Shown here: positions 9,364-20,104 of the stretch, in pieces
How the letters are laid out: each line of letters starts with the position of its first letter
How positions within the stretch are numbered: position 1 is the stretch's first letter
Origin: a phage
DNA length: 64,000 bases
Reading direction: 5' to 3' (one strand)
Sequence record: PV419677.1
Program-made: the position numbers and the translations under genes
Notes under the pieces: model-generated
What the model was told of the DNA's origin: nothing
The model's input: only the letters and a program-made list of their open reading frames with translations
The model's database searches: none

Positions 9364-12300
9364 ATGATGAGTGTTAAAGCCCCTTATGTAACCAGCTTAC
9401 GGATTGATAAACTATCTGCTAACCAGGTTAGCATAAAATGGGATAATGTTGGCGCCAACTTTTATTATTTTGTTGAGATTGCTACGACAAAAGAAAATGG
9501 TGTTGCTATTCCAGAAGAAAATCTGTTATGGAGGAATTTAGGTTATACTCCAGACAATGAATGGTTCGAACAAGATTTTATTCGTCCAGTATCATTTTAC
9601 AAAATGCGTGTTGCTGTTGCAGCAATGGGTTTTGAACAATCTGATTGGGTTTATACCGAAGAATTTGAAACCTTTGCAACTAACGCATACACATTTGAGC
9701 ACATGCGTGAATTTACATTAACAAATAAATTCATCGAAGAAAAATTCACAAACAATAACCAAGCTTATATCAACTTTAATAATGATGCAATTATGGCATC
9801 GCTGATGTCTGAAGATTTTAGCTTTACTCCTGCGTATTCTCATTTGTCTTCAATTTCAAACTATGTATTAAAAGAAGACCAATATCATGAAATTCAGGGT
9901 AACATTCAGCCGGTATGTAACGATGTTAATCGTACAATGATTGCTGAACTTGGTGGCGTACTGTATTTGTTTGAACGATTCCAGACAACTGTCAAAGTCT
10001 CCAATGATAAAGGGCAGAACTGGTATTATGTAAAATTGTTTAATGACCGTATCGGTAACCCAGTATCGCGCACAATTTATTATCAATCAGATACAACAAC
10101 TTACGTACTCGGGTATGACCGAATTTTTTACGGCCGCAAATCAAGTGACATAAGATGGTCTGCTGATGATGTTCGATTCAGTTCCCAGGATATAACATTT
10201 GCAAAAATTGGTTCGGATATCAATCTTGGATTTGATATTGAAATATTTGGCACATACGCAAGACTTCCTGCTTATATCTCGACAATTGCTGAAGCAATCA
10301 CTACGACCGATTCCATGATTTACGTTGCCGGGCGCGACCGCGTGTACAAAGCTAAATCTTCTGATGCTCCAATTGATAACGACCCCAACTCCCCAACATT
10401 CGGTGAAAAATTATTTGAAGCTGGATATAGCACAATAAGTGGTAACCCCAAAGCTGTTTGTTACAAGATGGATTCAATTGACGGTGAAGTGTTTGCATTA
10501 ATCACGGGTGAAGTAAAAGAAGAGCGACAAGACCCGACTAAACCTGAAAACGTTGTCGATTCGTTATCTAAGGGCGTTTATAAATTAAATGCTGACACCG
10601 ATACATGGACACGAGTTTTTGGTAACACAGAGGATGAACGTCGACGTATTGAACATGGTTACACAAGCATGTCAACCGACGGAATTGAACTTTTTATCAG
10701 TTCAAGTAACTTCCGTTATTCCGTAGAGCCGGATACTGAACTCCCTGCTAAGTATCCTGAAGAAGTTAATGAAGCAGTCAAATATGTGTATGATGAACAA
10801 TGGATACATGACAAGCATTATTTGATGATGAGTTTTAGGTCGAATAAAGATTCAGGTTGGGAAGAGTTTAAACCTGGCCGTATGTCATATTACGCTGAAC
10901 CGTTCTTTAACTGGTCTCGTCGTGATGATACTCGTTGTTGGATTACTACGTCAGACAGAGCTCTGGTTGTATATAATGACATGCTATATCAAAAGATTAT
11001 CGATACCTTTGGTGGTTCATCCCCTGAACGTATTGTACACGAATACTGGAATAAAGGTCAAGTAAAAGTTACTTCGCCTAACATCGAATTCAATGGCTTT
11101 AAAAAATACGCCTCGGGTATTATGTTACACAAAAATACTGGAGAGCTTATTGGCTATTTTGAATTTGACTATCGTAGACGTGATGAAGTTAGATTAATCT
11201 GGAAACCGAAAGAAGTTATGTTCACTGCAGAATTACAGAACCAGGAACATGATATTCCATGGACACCAGATAATGACGAACAAGAGAAAGACCCAGACTT
11301 GCGTCCTCTTTTAACAAAGATGGTTCCGGATAGTTATTTGCTCCAGGATAGCAACTTTGAAAAATTCTGTGAATATTATTTGCAGTTTATCAGTGATGGC
11401 TCTGGTACCTATTATAACAACCTTTTGAACTTGATTCGCAACCAGTACCCGCGCGAGGAAGATGCATGGGAATACCTTTGGAGCGAAATGTACAAAAGAA
11501 ATATATATTTGTCAAAGACCAAGCGTGACGAAGTAGTTCGTTTCTTTGAAGCAAGACAGTCTGATTTTTGGGCCACTAAGGGTACTGAAGCATCCTATAA
11601 GTTTTTGTTCAAATTGTTATATAATGAAGACGTTGAAATCGATATTGAATCCAAGAACGGAACCGAGTATGACATAATCGTCGAATCTGATAACATCAGC
11701 GAAGATATTGTTGGACAAACAATTTACACACCAACTGGTCGCAGTAACGTTACTTATATGGAACGTGACTACAAACAGGGTAAATTGAGATGGCGTATCA
11801 CGATTCATAACTTACTTGGTCGCTTTATTGTTGGGCAAGAAATTAAATCCGAAAGGACTTCCTTTGAAGGTATGATTGTTCAGGGTGTTCGTGGGAAAGA
11901 ATTACTTAGCAACAACATCGATTATATCAACCGAAATCGTTCTTACTATGTAATGACCATTAAATCAAGTCTCCCAACATCTCGTTATCGTAATGACGTA
12001 TTGCGATTTGTTCATCCGGTTGGATTTGGATTCGTTGGAATTACATTATTGACAATGTTTGTTAATGCTGGTCTGTCATTAAAACATACAGAAACTATTA
12101 TCAATAAACTGAACAACTATCGTTGGTCGTCTGGTATTCCGTCAGAATGGTGCGACCGTATCGCAGTTATTGGGGCCGATGGAAACATTGAGCATAGTCC
12201 TGTTACAGGTGAAGCAGTATATAATATTGCTCCTAATGCAGGTTTACCATTCCCATTACCAGCAGATTACGATGCCGAAAACGATTTTTCGGATTTTCAT

Positions 12301-12462
12301 GGGACTCTCCCGTCTGAACGTCGTAAAAAATACAGTCCATTGTTTGACCAGTCTGCCGTGACTTTTGCTAACTGGCGCAATTTGGTTAATCAACGTCTTA
12401 AGGATGATATTGGTAATCCACGCGACCCGAAAGACCCCACACAGGTAAAGGTAAATGAATAA
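9364..12462 (+). CDS. 7: gp7 baseplate wedge protein
   Basis: From ATG 9364: MMSVKAPYVTSLRIDKLSANQVSIKWDNVGANFYYFVEIA..., near-identical to the recalled T4 gp7 N-terminus; 1032 aa equals T4 gp7; the track start 9271 overlaps gp6 and is rejected. Confidence 0.9.
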   Translation: MMSVKAPYVTSLRIDKLSANQVSIKWDNVGANFYYFVEIATTKENGVAIPEENLLWRNLGYTPDNEWFEQDFIRPVSFYKMRVAVAAMGFEQSDWVYTEEFETFATNAYTFEHMREFTLTNKFIEEKFTNNNQAYINFNNDAIMASLMSEDFSFTPAYSHLSSISNYVLKEDQYHEIQGNIQPVCNDVNRTMIAELGGVLYLFERFQTTVKVSNDKGQNWYYVKLFNDRIGNPVSRTIYYQSDTTTYVLGYDRIFYGRKSSDIRWSADDVRFSSQDITFAKIGSDINLGFDIEIFGTYARLPAYISTIAEAITTTDSMIYVAGRDRVYKAKSSDAPIDNDPNSPTFGEKLFEAGYSTISGNPKAVCYKMDSIDGEVFALITGEVKEERQDPTKPENVVDSLSKGVYKLNADTDTWTRVFGNTEDERRRIEHGYTSMSTDGIELFISSSNFRYSVEPDTELPAKYPEEVNEAVKYVYDEQWIHDKHYLMMSFRSNKDSGWEEFKPGRMSYYAEPFFNWSRRDDTRCWITTSDRALVVYNDMLYQKIIDTFGGSSPERIVHEYWNKGQVKVTSPNIEFNGFKKYASGIMLHKNTGELIGYFEFDYRRRDEVRLIWKPKEVMFTAELQNQEHDIPWTPDNDEQEKDPDLRPLLTKMVPDSYLLQDSNFEKFCEYYLQFISDGSGTYYNNLLNLIRNQYPREEDAWEYLWSEMYKRNIYLSKTKRDEVVRFFEARQSDFWATKGTEASYKFLFKLLYNEDVEIDIESKNGTEYDIIVESDNISEDIVGQTIYTPTGRSNVTYMERDYKQGKLRWRITIHNLLGRFIVGQEIKSERTSFEGMIVQGVRGKELLSNNIDYINRNRSYYVMTIKSSLPTSRYRNDVLRFVHPVGFGFVGITLLTMFVNAGLSLKHTETIINKLNNYRWSSGIPSEWCDRIAVIGADGNIEHSPVTGEAVYNIAPNAGLPFPLPADYDAENDFSDFHGTLPSERRKKYSPLFDQSAVTFANWRNLVNQRLKDDIGNPRDPKDPTQVKVNE

Positions 12463-13459
12463 TTCATCTGTAGTTTATCGTTCGATAATTACCTCGAAAT
12501 TTCGAACTGAAAAAATGTATAACTTTTATAAAATGATTGGTAATGAGCCCGACCAGAATACGATGTATGTAACATTCGGTCGTGCTGAACCCTGGGCTTC
12601 GAATGAGAATGACCCGGGGTTCGCCCCTCCTTATCCGGTTGATACAGCACAAGGTGTTGAAGATACTTGGACCAATATGATGGGGGCAGTCAAAGTTTAT
12701 AAATCAATGCTTGATTGTGTTGTCCCACGTAAAGACTGGGGCGATATCAGATATCCTAATCCGCTTAACTTCCAGGTAGGGGAAATTGTTGTAGCTAACA
12801 GTGCTCCATATAACCGAACTGATGTTGGTAAAGGTTGGATGGTTTATCGTTGTGTAGATGTTCCTGATGTTGGGACTTGCTCCATTTATTCCATTATCAA
12901 TAAAGAAGAGTGCTTAAAACTCGGTGGTAAATGGACGGCGGAATATAACTCGACGAGAGCTCCAGCAGGGACTGGCGACACTGAAGGACGAGTTGATATG
13001 GGCGATGGTTATCTCTGGGAATATTTGTATGAGATTCCGCCTGATGTATCCATCAACCGTTGTACTAACGAATATATTGTTGTTCCATGGCCTGAAGAAA
13101 TCGAAGAAGACCCGTCACGCTGGGGTTACAAAGATAATATCAGCTGGCAACAAGATGATTTCGGTTTAATATATAGAATCAAAGGATATACAATCAGATT
13201 TAAAGCATTTATGGATTCCATTTACTTCCCAGAATTCAGTCTCCCGGGAAACAAAGGCTTCCGACAGCTGTCGATTATATCCAACCCACTTGAAGTTAAA
13301 GTACATCCTAATGACCCAAATATCAAAGCAATCAAAGAATACTACGATGCAATTGATTTGGACCGTCATTCTGGGGAAATGATTTATATGGAAAACCGCC
13401 CACCAATTATTCGTGCAATGGACCAGACAGAAGAAGTTAACATTATTTTTGAATTCTAA
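12455..13459 (+). CDS. 8: gp8 baseplate wedge protein
   Basis: 334 aa equals T4 gp8; MNNSSVVYRSIITSKFRTEKM... matches recalled T4 gp8. Confidence 0.9.
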   Translation: MNNSSVVYRSIITSKFRTEKMYNFYKMIGNEPDQNTMYVTFGRAEPWASNENDPGFAPPYPVDTAQGVEDTWTNMMGAVKVYKSMLDCVVPRKDWGDIRYPNPLNFQVGEIVVANSAPYNRTDVGKGWMVYRCVDVPDVGTCSIYSIINKEECLKLGGKWTAEYNSTRAPAGTGDTEGRVDMGDGYLWEYLYEIPPDVSINRCTNEYIVVPWPEEIEEDPSRWGYKDNISWQQDDFGLIYRIKGYTIRFKAFMDSIYFPEFSLPGNKGFRQLSIISNPLEVKVHPNDPNIKAIKEYYDAIDLDRHSGEMIYMENRPPIIRAMDQTEEVNIIFEF

Positions 13460-13462
13460 CTA

Positions 13463-13486
13463 GGGACCTTCGGGTCCCTTTTTTAT
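13463..13486 (+). terminator. rho-independent terminator
   Basis: GGGACC-TTCG-GGTCCC plus T-run. Confidence 0.6.
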
Positions 13487-13488
13487 TC

Positions 13489-13496
13489 TATAAATA
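13489..13496 (+). promoter_or_regulatory. T4-type late promoter (TATAAATA) for gene 9
   Basis: Exact TATAAATA about 28 nt upstream of gp9 ATG. Confidence 0.6.
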
Positions 13497-13523
13497 TAGC
13501 TATATCAATAACGAGGCTTACCT

Positions 13524-14393
13524 ATGATTAATCAAACCCCAAAATTATTAGTAGACATCGGCGAGATTGGTAACGCCAGCACCGGTGATATTCTATATGA
13601 AGGCGGTCGTAAACTGAACGTGGATTTAGACAGTTTGTATAATACATTTGGCGACCAGCGTCTATACTCCGTGAACAATGGAGAAAACACCCAGGTCCTT
13701 CATGCGACTGGATACTATCAAAAAGCTACAAATATCATCGAATGGAACTCAACTGTTGCTCTCGGTTCTATGCGTGATGTCAATACTGCCGAAGGTGTTA
13801 TCACCGCAAGAATTGCAAAAGGTAAAGCAGGCGAAGGTGTTATCTTTATTAACTCCAATGGTTCATTATCCACCTCGATGCCTCTGGAAGTTGAACTACA
13901 AGGCACGGATTCATTCCTGACCGCTGCAACGAACAAAATGAAATTTACTCAGCCTTATACAAAAATTACATTGTGGTGTATTGACGATGCTAACGGCGTA
14001 GGGACCTGGGACTACAAAATTGAAAGTATGTTTGGTAACCAATCTGTATTGCTCGACAAAACATACAATATGAGCTCGGTTGTTCGTGATATTCCAATCG
14101 CTTACCGCGCAGATTATAAAACTATCAAATTGATGCTTACGGCTATTTCAACAGACGAAACTAAATACAAAGCATCAGAAATGTTACTTTACATCGACCT
14201 TAAGGACCGCAAGGTATATAGCACAGAATACGCTGTAATCAGACGTGGACAAGCTAACGACGATGATGAGATATATGCCATCGATTTTAGAATTGATAAC
14301 CAGGACATCATACAGGCGGCTATAAGCTCACCCACTGCCATGAAGCTCGCTATTAAAGTAATTTCCGCCCAAACAATCGGAGTACCGGTATAA
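13524..14393 (+). CDS. 9: gp9 baseplate protein (long tail fibre socket)
   Basis: 289 aa (T4 288), synteny. Confidence 0.85.
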   Translation: MINQTPKLLVDIGEIGNASTGDILYEGGRKLNVDLDSLYNTFGDQRLYSVNNGENTQVLHATGYYQKATNIIEWNSTVALGSMRDVNTAEGVITARIAKGKAGEGVIFINSNGSLSTSMPLEVELQGTDSFLTAATNKMKFTQPYTKITLWCIDDANGVGTWDYKIESMFGNQSVLLDKTYNMSSVVRDIPIAYRADYKTIKLMLTAISTDETKYKASEMLLYIDLKDRKVYSTEYAVIRRGQANDDDEIYAIDFRIDNQDIIQAAISSPTAMKLAIKVISAQTIGVPV

Positions 14394-16204
14394 TGAAACA
14401 GAATTTAAAAATTGGCAATATGGTTGATGATGGTACTGGTGATTACCTTCGTCTCGGCGGTCAAAAAATAAATAATAACTTTGATGACCTTTATTATCAG
14501 CTAGGGGACGGTGAAAATCCCCATGCAGCTGGTGCATGGAAAACTTGGACTACGCAAGAAGGCACCGAGTTGTCCGCTGTTATGGGTCGAAGCTATACCA
14601 TCGATACATCAGCCGGCGCAGTTCGAGTTATCCTTCCAAAAGGAACAACTCAAGAATACAATTATGTAATTCGCTTGCGTGATGTGTTTGCTACCTGGCA
14701 AATCAACCCGGTGACAATTGTTCCTGCAGTTGGGGATACGATTAAAGGCTCACCGAATCCAGTAGAAATTAAACGCAACTTAGCTGACCTTGAACTTGTA
14801 TATTGTTCACCAGGTCGTTGGGAATATATCGATAATAAACAAGTCGATAAAATTTCAAATAACGACGTTGCCACAGTTGCATCCCAACAGTTTATTGCCA
14901 CCGAAGGACAAACTGACTTTATCAATGTGTTTGGTGCTATTCCATATAGCATATCGAACTTAGAAGTCAAACATCGTGGTAACGACCTGTTTTATGGTAA
15001 AGATGATATTTTCGACCCGGTGAATGCTGAATTTGGTTCCCCTGGTGCAAACCCTGGTGAAATCGTTGCGCTTGATGGTAAAAGCATCCGTCTGAAAATG
15101 CCATGTGCTGAAGGTGATACTGTTATCATCCGAACATTTAATGATGGTATTGCTCAATGGCGTAGTTCGTATAATCGTCGTGATATACTTGTTCGTAGTC
15201 AAGACAGGACCAAAGAAACAACAATTAATGGCTCTTTGATTGTTACGGATTTGACAACCAAACACACCTTTACAATTGAAGAACTTGGTATTTCTCCGGG
15301 TAGCCCAATTAACCCAAACGCATGTCAGGTATTCATTAACAGTATTTTACAACACCAAGCCGGGACCGCAGGAACTCCAGTATTTTATTGCGAAGGTGCA
15401 CAAGGTTCTACTGCTGCAGAATGTAGTGCAAATGGTGGTAGCTGGTCTGAATCAAACCAGGATTATTTGCTGCAATTTGATGATGATAACCGTATCGAAG
15501 GCATTAGCATTTACCGTGAATTTGAAGACGGTGATATTCTGTCGGTCATTTGGTACAATAACGATATCGGCACAACTATGACCATGGATGAAATCCGTGA
15601 TGAGACTGATACTCTTTATGTTTCTCAGGGAAATACGTTGAGCCTAACCGGTCGTGTGCGTATTACAGATTTTGATAATCCGTTTGCACCAAACGTTGAA
15701 CCAGTCGGTCTTCAGGAAGTTGTTCCATCTTCTGTTGGCGCTATCTTTGAATTATTCTATCCGGTCGGTACAATTTACGAAAATACGGTTAACCCAAATA
15801 ACCCGGTTACTTATATGGGATTTGGTTCATGGAAACGTTTGAAAGAACGTGTAATTGTTGCCTGGTCAGACGACCCTGCCTCAAACTTCCATACAAACAA
15901 TAATGACCTGGATTCTGGTGGTAACCCACAAGCGACAGCAGGTGGTACAGGTGGTAGCGTTGAAGTTCATATTAAAGATATAAACGTACCTAAACTTGAA
16001 ACTGATGAGAAGGTTTTAGTTGTTGATGATAATGGTCCGATTGTTGTCGGTGGTTGTCAGGTAGACCCAGATGCACAAGGTCCAGCCTATACCAAATACA
16101 GAGAAGACAAAGCCACCATTAATCAGGCGCAAGACCCTCAAGCTCAACCAGTTTATACAATGCCTCCATATTTGATTGCTCATCGCTGGGTAAGGATTGC
16201 TTAA
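14393..16204 (+). CDS. 10: gp10 baseplate wedge / short tail fibre attachment
   Basis: 603 aa (T4 602), synteny. Confidence 0.9.
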   Translation: MKQNLKIGNMVDDGTGDYLRLGGQKINNNFDDLYYQLGDGENPHAAGAWKTWTTQEGTELSAVMGRSYTIDTSAGAVRVILPKGTTQEYNYVIRLRDVFATWQINPVTIVPAVGDTIKGSPNPVEIKRNLADLELVYCSPGRWEYIDNKQVDKISNNDVATVASQQFIATEGQTDFINVFGAIPYSISNLEVKHRGNDLFYGKDDIFDPVNAEFGSPGANPGEIVALDGKSIRLKMPCAEGDTVIIRTFNDGIAQWRSSYNRRDILVRSQDRTKETTINGSLIVTDLTTKHTFTIEELGISPGSPINPNACQVFINSILQHQAGTAGTPVFYCEGAQGSTAAECSANGGSWSESNQDYLLQFDDDNRIEGISIYREFEDGDILSVIWYNNDIGTTMTMDEIRDETDTLYVSQGNTLSLTGRVRITDFDNPFAPNVEPVGLQEVVPSSVGAIFELFYPVGTIYENTVNPNNPVTYMGFGSWKRLKERVIVAWSDDPASNFHTNNNDLDSGGNPQATAGGTGGSVEVHIKDINVPKLETDEKVLVVDDNGPIVVGGCQVDPDAQGPAYTKYREDKATINQAQDPQAQPVYTMPPYLIAHRWVRIA

Positions 16205-16869
16205 TGAAAACATTAACGAATAAAAAGGCTGGAGTAATTTCCCGCCTTGCTAGTTGCTTAGAATTTCAAAATACATCAAAAAATATTACGGCTGTCATGG
16301 GTCAACGAGCAATCGGCGGCCCATCTGCAACACAAACAACCGAGGGTATTTTTTATCCAACAGTTCAGAGCGCAATAGATGATATTGCGTTTCGATATGA
16401 GCTTCCGGTTGGCAGTGTAATTACTAATACGAATAACCTTTCTCCTGCGGCAATCAGTCAGTCGGATAAAATTAAATTTACCGGGTCTATTTCTGGTGCT
16501 GGAGTTGGTGATACTGTTTTATTTTTCATTTTTGGTATTCCAGTTGAGGTTATTGTCGGGGATTCGGCTGTATTAGTTGCTTCCAAGGTTAACGATGCTT
16601 TGCTGGCGGCTGTTGCTGATAGTTTAATTGTATCAAGCTCTGCAATTGATAGTGTAGACCAGTCTATATTAAATATTACATATAACGACTATCAAAACCA
16701 TAATTTTGCACCTTTTACTCAATATGGTTGTACGCTTAGCCAGACTATTATACAGCAACCGCGCGGTGGTTATGGTTCCTGGGAATATCTTGGAACTTCA
16801 ACCCAGACATTATCAGGTGGCACAGCAGATGGCGCAATTTCACTTTACCATTATAAGCGAGTATCGTAA
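16204..16869 (+). CDS. 11: gp11 baseplate protein
   Basis: 221 aa (T4 219), synteny. Confidence 0.85.
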   Translation: MKTLTNKKAGVISRLASCLEFQNTSKNITAVMGQRAIGGPSATQTTEGIFYPTVQSAIDDIAFRYELPVGSVITNTNNLSPAAISQSDKIKFTGSISGAGVGDTVLFFIFGIPVEVIVGDSAVLVASKVNDALLAAVADSLIVSSSAIDSVDQSILNITYNDYQNHNFAPFTQYGCTLSQTIIQQPRGGYGSWEYLGTSTQTLSGGTADGAISLYHYKRVS

Positions 16870-18419
16870 TGACAACGACTAACACGCTAAAACACATTAG
16901 CGATAAATCCGAATATAAAACATTCGACCCGACGGGAACAGCTTTCCCGTCGACTGTTACCAACGTACAAGAGGCTTTAGGGTCTCTTAATAAAATTGCG
17001 TTAGATGGATATATCCCAGCCTCATCCGAAACGACCGCAGGACTCATCAGGCTAGCCACCACACAAGAAGTTATTGATGGTATTAGTCCAGACTCTGCAG
17101 TTACTCCAGCGACCTTAAAAGCTCGTTTAGACATTCCTACGCAAGCTACAGAAACTTATGTAGGTATTACCCGTTATGCAACCAATGCCGAAGCAATTGC
17201 CGGGACAGTAACCGATGCAGCTATTGTTCCATCTTCATTAAAAGCAACAATTGATAATGTTTTTACTGTTCGTGTTGGTACTGAAAATAACCTGGGTGTT
17301 CTTCGTATTAGTACCGAGGATGCAGCTTTAGCTGGCACAGATGACACAACCGCTATGTCTCCGTTGAAAGTTGCTCTGGCAATTGGCAAAGCAACAGCGG
17401 CGCTTCCAACTTATTCAACTGCCACACAAACTGTTTCTGGTTTAGTACGAATTGCTACAAATGCTGAAGTGCAAGCAGGAACCCTGGGTGACGGTGTAGC
17501 AATTTCTCCAGCAGGTTTAAATGCTCGTACAGCAACACAAGACCGCGCTGGGATTATTCGTCTTGGTAATCAGTCAGAGATTAATAACAGTGCTGATGGT
17601 GTTGCGGTAACTGGCGCAACTCTTAATGGTCGTGGAGCCACAACCGATAATCGCGGCGTCGTTAGATTAACTACTCAGGCTGGGGTTGCTCCTGGTGGTG
17701 ATGGTGCCGGTGCACTGGCTTGGAATGCTGATGTAATCAACACTCGCGGTGGTCAACGAATTAATGGAAGTCTTTCTTTAGATTATATTTCCACCGGCAA
17801 TTTTGATTCCAATACAGCTCATATGGGCGGTCAATTACTTTCTACACAGCGTTATGCTTCTGAACGGGTTCCAGTTGGAACGGTGATGATGTTCGCAGGT
17901 GATAGTGCTCCTCCTGGCTGGATTATGTGTCACGGCGGCACCGTTAATGGGGACCAATTCCCCGACTATCGAAATACTGTTGGAACTCGTTTCGGTGGCG
18001 ATTGGACCAACGTCGGTATTCCTGATATGCGTGGTTTGTTTGTTCGTGGTGCTGGTACCGGTGGACATATTCTGAATAACCGCGGTCAAGATGGTTATGG
18101 CAAAGACCGTTTGGGTGTTGGTTGTGATGGTTCATGGGTCGGTGGTGTACAAGCTCAGCAAATGTCATATCATAAACACGCGGGTGGTTGGGGTGAATAC
18201 CAACGTAACGAAGCTCCATTTGGTGCATCAGTTTATCAAGGTTATCTGGGTACAAGAAAATATGCAGACTGGGATAACGCTTCATATTTTACTAACGATG
18301 GATTTGAACTCGGTGGCGGCAGAGATGCTTTAGGTACGTTAAACCGTGAAGGTCTTATTGGTTATGAAACTCGCCCATGGAATATGTCTTTAAACTATAT
18401 TATCAAAATTCATTACTAA
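16869..18419 (+). CDS. 12: gp12 short tail fibre
   Basis: 516 aa (T4 527); Ala/Thr/Gly-rich repetitive fibre sequence. Confidence 0.9.
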   Translation: MTTTNTLKHISDKSEYKTFDPTGTAFPSTVTNVQEALGSLNKIALDGYIPASSETTAGLIRLATTQEVIDGISPDSAVTPATLKARLDIPTQATETYVGITRYATNAEAIAGTVTDAAIVPSSLKATIDNVFTVRVGTENNLGVLRISTEDAALAGTDDTTAMSPLKVALAIGKATAALPTYSTATQTVSGLVRIATNAEVQAGTLGDGVAISPAGLNARTATQDRAGIIRLGNQSEINNSADGVAVTGATLNGRGATTDNRGVVRLTTQAGVAPGGDGAGALAWNADVINTRGGQRINGSLSLDYISTGNFDSNTAHMGGQLLSTQRYASERVPVGTVMMFAGDSAPPGWIMCHGGTVNGDQFPDYRNTVGTRFGGDWTNVGIPDMRGLFVRGAGTGGHILNNRGQDGYGKDRLGVGCDGSWVGGVQAQQMSYHKHAGGWGEYQRNEAPFGASVYQGYLGTRKYADWDNASYFTNDGFELGGGRDALGTLNREGLIGYETRPWNMSLNYIIKIHY

Positions 18420-18427
18420 GGACCAAA

Positions 18428-20053
18428 ATGATTAATAAACTCAGTCTCAAAGAACTGCCGTATAGCATCGGTATTCCAGACGAAGGTCAACAGAGAATTC
18501 GTTGGATACAAAACGGCGATTGTATGACTGCGGCCAGTACCAAATATGGTCATGATGGTAATTTGAACGCCGCTGCAGTTGGCGTTCAAACAAACGTAGA
18601 TACACTCGACGACAACTCAAATGCATCTAAAGAAAAAATAAACGAAATTATTGATAACGTCAATAATATTCAGGAAGCTTTGAATATAACAACTAACACG
18701 GAAGTTGTTAAACAAATTGAAAAAAACCGTACAGATATTCTTGACCTTGATGAACGTCAATTTAATACCGAATTGTTATCAAGCGAAACATCTGAAGACC
18801 TTAAAAAGTTAAAAGAAGATGTTGGTGTTTATGACCCGTTAACCGATTCATATTATCGCACAGTTCGTAATGACCTCGTATGGATTAAAAATGAATTAGG
18901 CCAGTATGTTGACCAAGATATAAATGGTCTCCAGGTTATCGGCAATCCGTCAAAAGGCATGAAACGCCGCATCATCGATAACAGTTCGGCTATTGTTGCT
19001 CATGGAGTTCGTATTAAGACTCTTGAAGATAACTATCATGATTCTGATGTTGGTTCTCTTAACGTAAAAGTAATTAAAATTCGTGAAGAATTAGGTGAGT
19101 CTACTTTAGCAACAGGTAAACCGGCTGTATTTGTTCGACTGAATACTCTTGATGGTAAAGCAGTTGAAATTGACGAAGATATTGCCAACATTCAAGAAGC
19201 TATTGGTTTTGGTACCGGACTTGCAATTACAACTCGCGTTGAAAATCTTGGTGGACGTGTTTCGGTCAATGAAACAGATATTGCGGATATCAAACCAAGA
19301 CTTGCTAAGGTTGAAGCTGATATCGGCACCGCTCTGGAACCGTTAACAATTAATGGTCGAATCAGTGCTTTGCGTTCGGATGTTAATGGCTTACAGGTTG
19401 TTGTTGGCCAGGATTCAAGCTCTGGTTTACGTGGTACCACTGCATGGCTTTCTCAGAGAATCGGTACAGAGCAATCTCCGGAGCCAAACACTATCACGTA
19501 TAAGTTGAATGCGACCACTACACTGGCTAACGAAACTGCATCAGGCCTTCAGGATGTACAGGCCGAAATCGGTACAAATAACACTGGTATGAAAGGCTCT
19601 ATTTTGACTTTAACTAGCCAGATGAATGGTACAAACCCTAACGGTGCTACCGTGGCTGAACGTGGTGTTCTTCCAGTTGTAATTAACTTGGATATGCTGA
19701 TGGCGTCCAAGCTGAACGACGCACCATTGGACAATAAGTTATATGGTCGCAAGCAAGGAAACTGGACTGAAATTATCGATACCAGAACCGAGATTGATGC
19801 AATTAAACTCGATACTGCAAAAATTGCACCATTAACCACTCGCGTGACAACCCTTGAAGGTACAGTAACTCCGCTCCCTGGTCGCCTGGATGCGGCCGAG
19901 GCGAAGATAACTACTTTAGAAGGTAAAGTATCAGCCTTAGAAACAGAGCTCGCCAAAAGGCCTCCTGTCGCTCCTGCAGCTGATGGTCTCCCTTATGTGC
20001 TCGTTGATAATGCATGGGTTCTTTTGTCTACATTCGTGACTGTTGGACCATAA
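18428..20053 (+). CDS. wac: fibritin (whisker antigen control)
   Basis: From ATG 18428 (SD AAGGA): MINKLSLKELPYSIGIPDEGQQRIRWIQNG..., matching recalled T4 Wac; C-terminal foldon-like ...VLVDNAWVLLSTF...; track start 18377 overlaps gp12. Confidence 0.85.
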   Translation: MINKLSLKELPYSIGIPDEGQQRIRWIQNGDCMTAASTKYGHDGNLNAAAVGVQTNVDTLDDNSNASKEKINEIIDNVNNIQEALNITTNTEVVKQIEKNRTDILDLDERQFNTELLSSETSEDLKKLKEDVGVYDPLTDSYYRTVRNDLVWIKNELGQYVDQDINGLQVIGNPSKGMKRRIIDNSSAIVAHGVRIKTLEDNYHDSDVGSLNVKVIKIREELGESTLATGKPAVFVRLNTLDGKAVEIDEDIANIQEAIGFGTGLAITTRVENLGGRVSVNETDIADIKPRLAKVEADIGTALEPLTINGRISALRSDVNGLQVVVGQDSSSGLRGTTAWLSQRIGTEQSPEPNTITYKLNATTTLANETASGLQDVQAEIGTNNTGMKGSILTLTSQMNGTNPNGATVAERGVLPVVINLDMLMASKLNDAPLDNKLYGRKQGNWTEIIDTRTEIDAIKLDTAKIAPLTTRVTTLEGTVTPLPGRLDAAEAKITTLEGKVSALETELAKRPPVAPAADGLPYVLVDNAWVLLSTFVTVGP

Positions 20054-20054
20054 C

Positions 20055-20076
20055 AAAAGGGCTTCGGCCCTTTTTT
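20055..20076 (+). terminator. rho-independent terminator
   Basis: GGGC-TTCG-GCCC with flanking A/T runs. Confidence 0.6.
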
Positions 20077-20078
20077 CG

Positions 20079-20086
20079 TATAAATA
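20079..20086 (+). promoter_or_regulatory. late promoter TATAAATA for gene 13
   Basis: Exact TATAAATA 19 nt upstream of gp13 ATG. Confidence 0.6.
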
Positions 20087-20104
20087 CAGTAAAGAGGAAA
20101 ACAT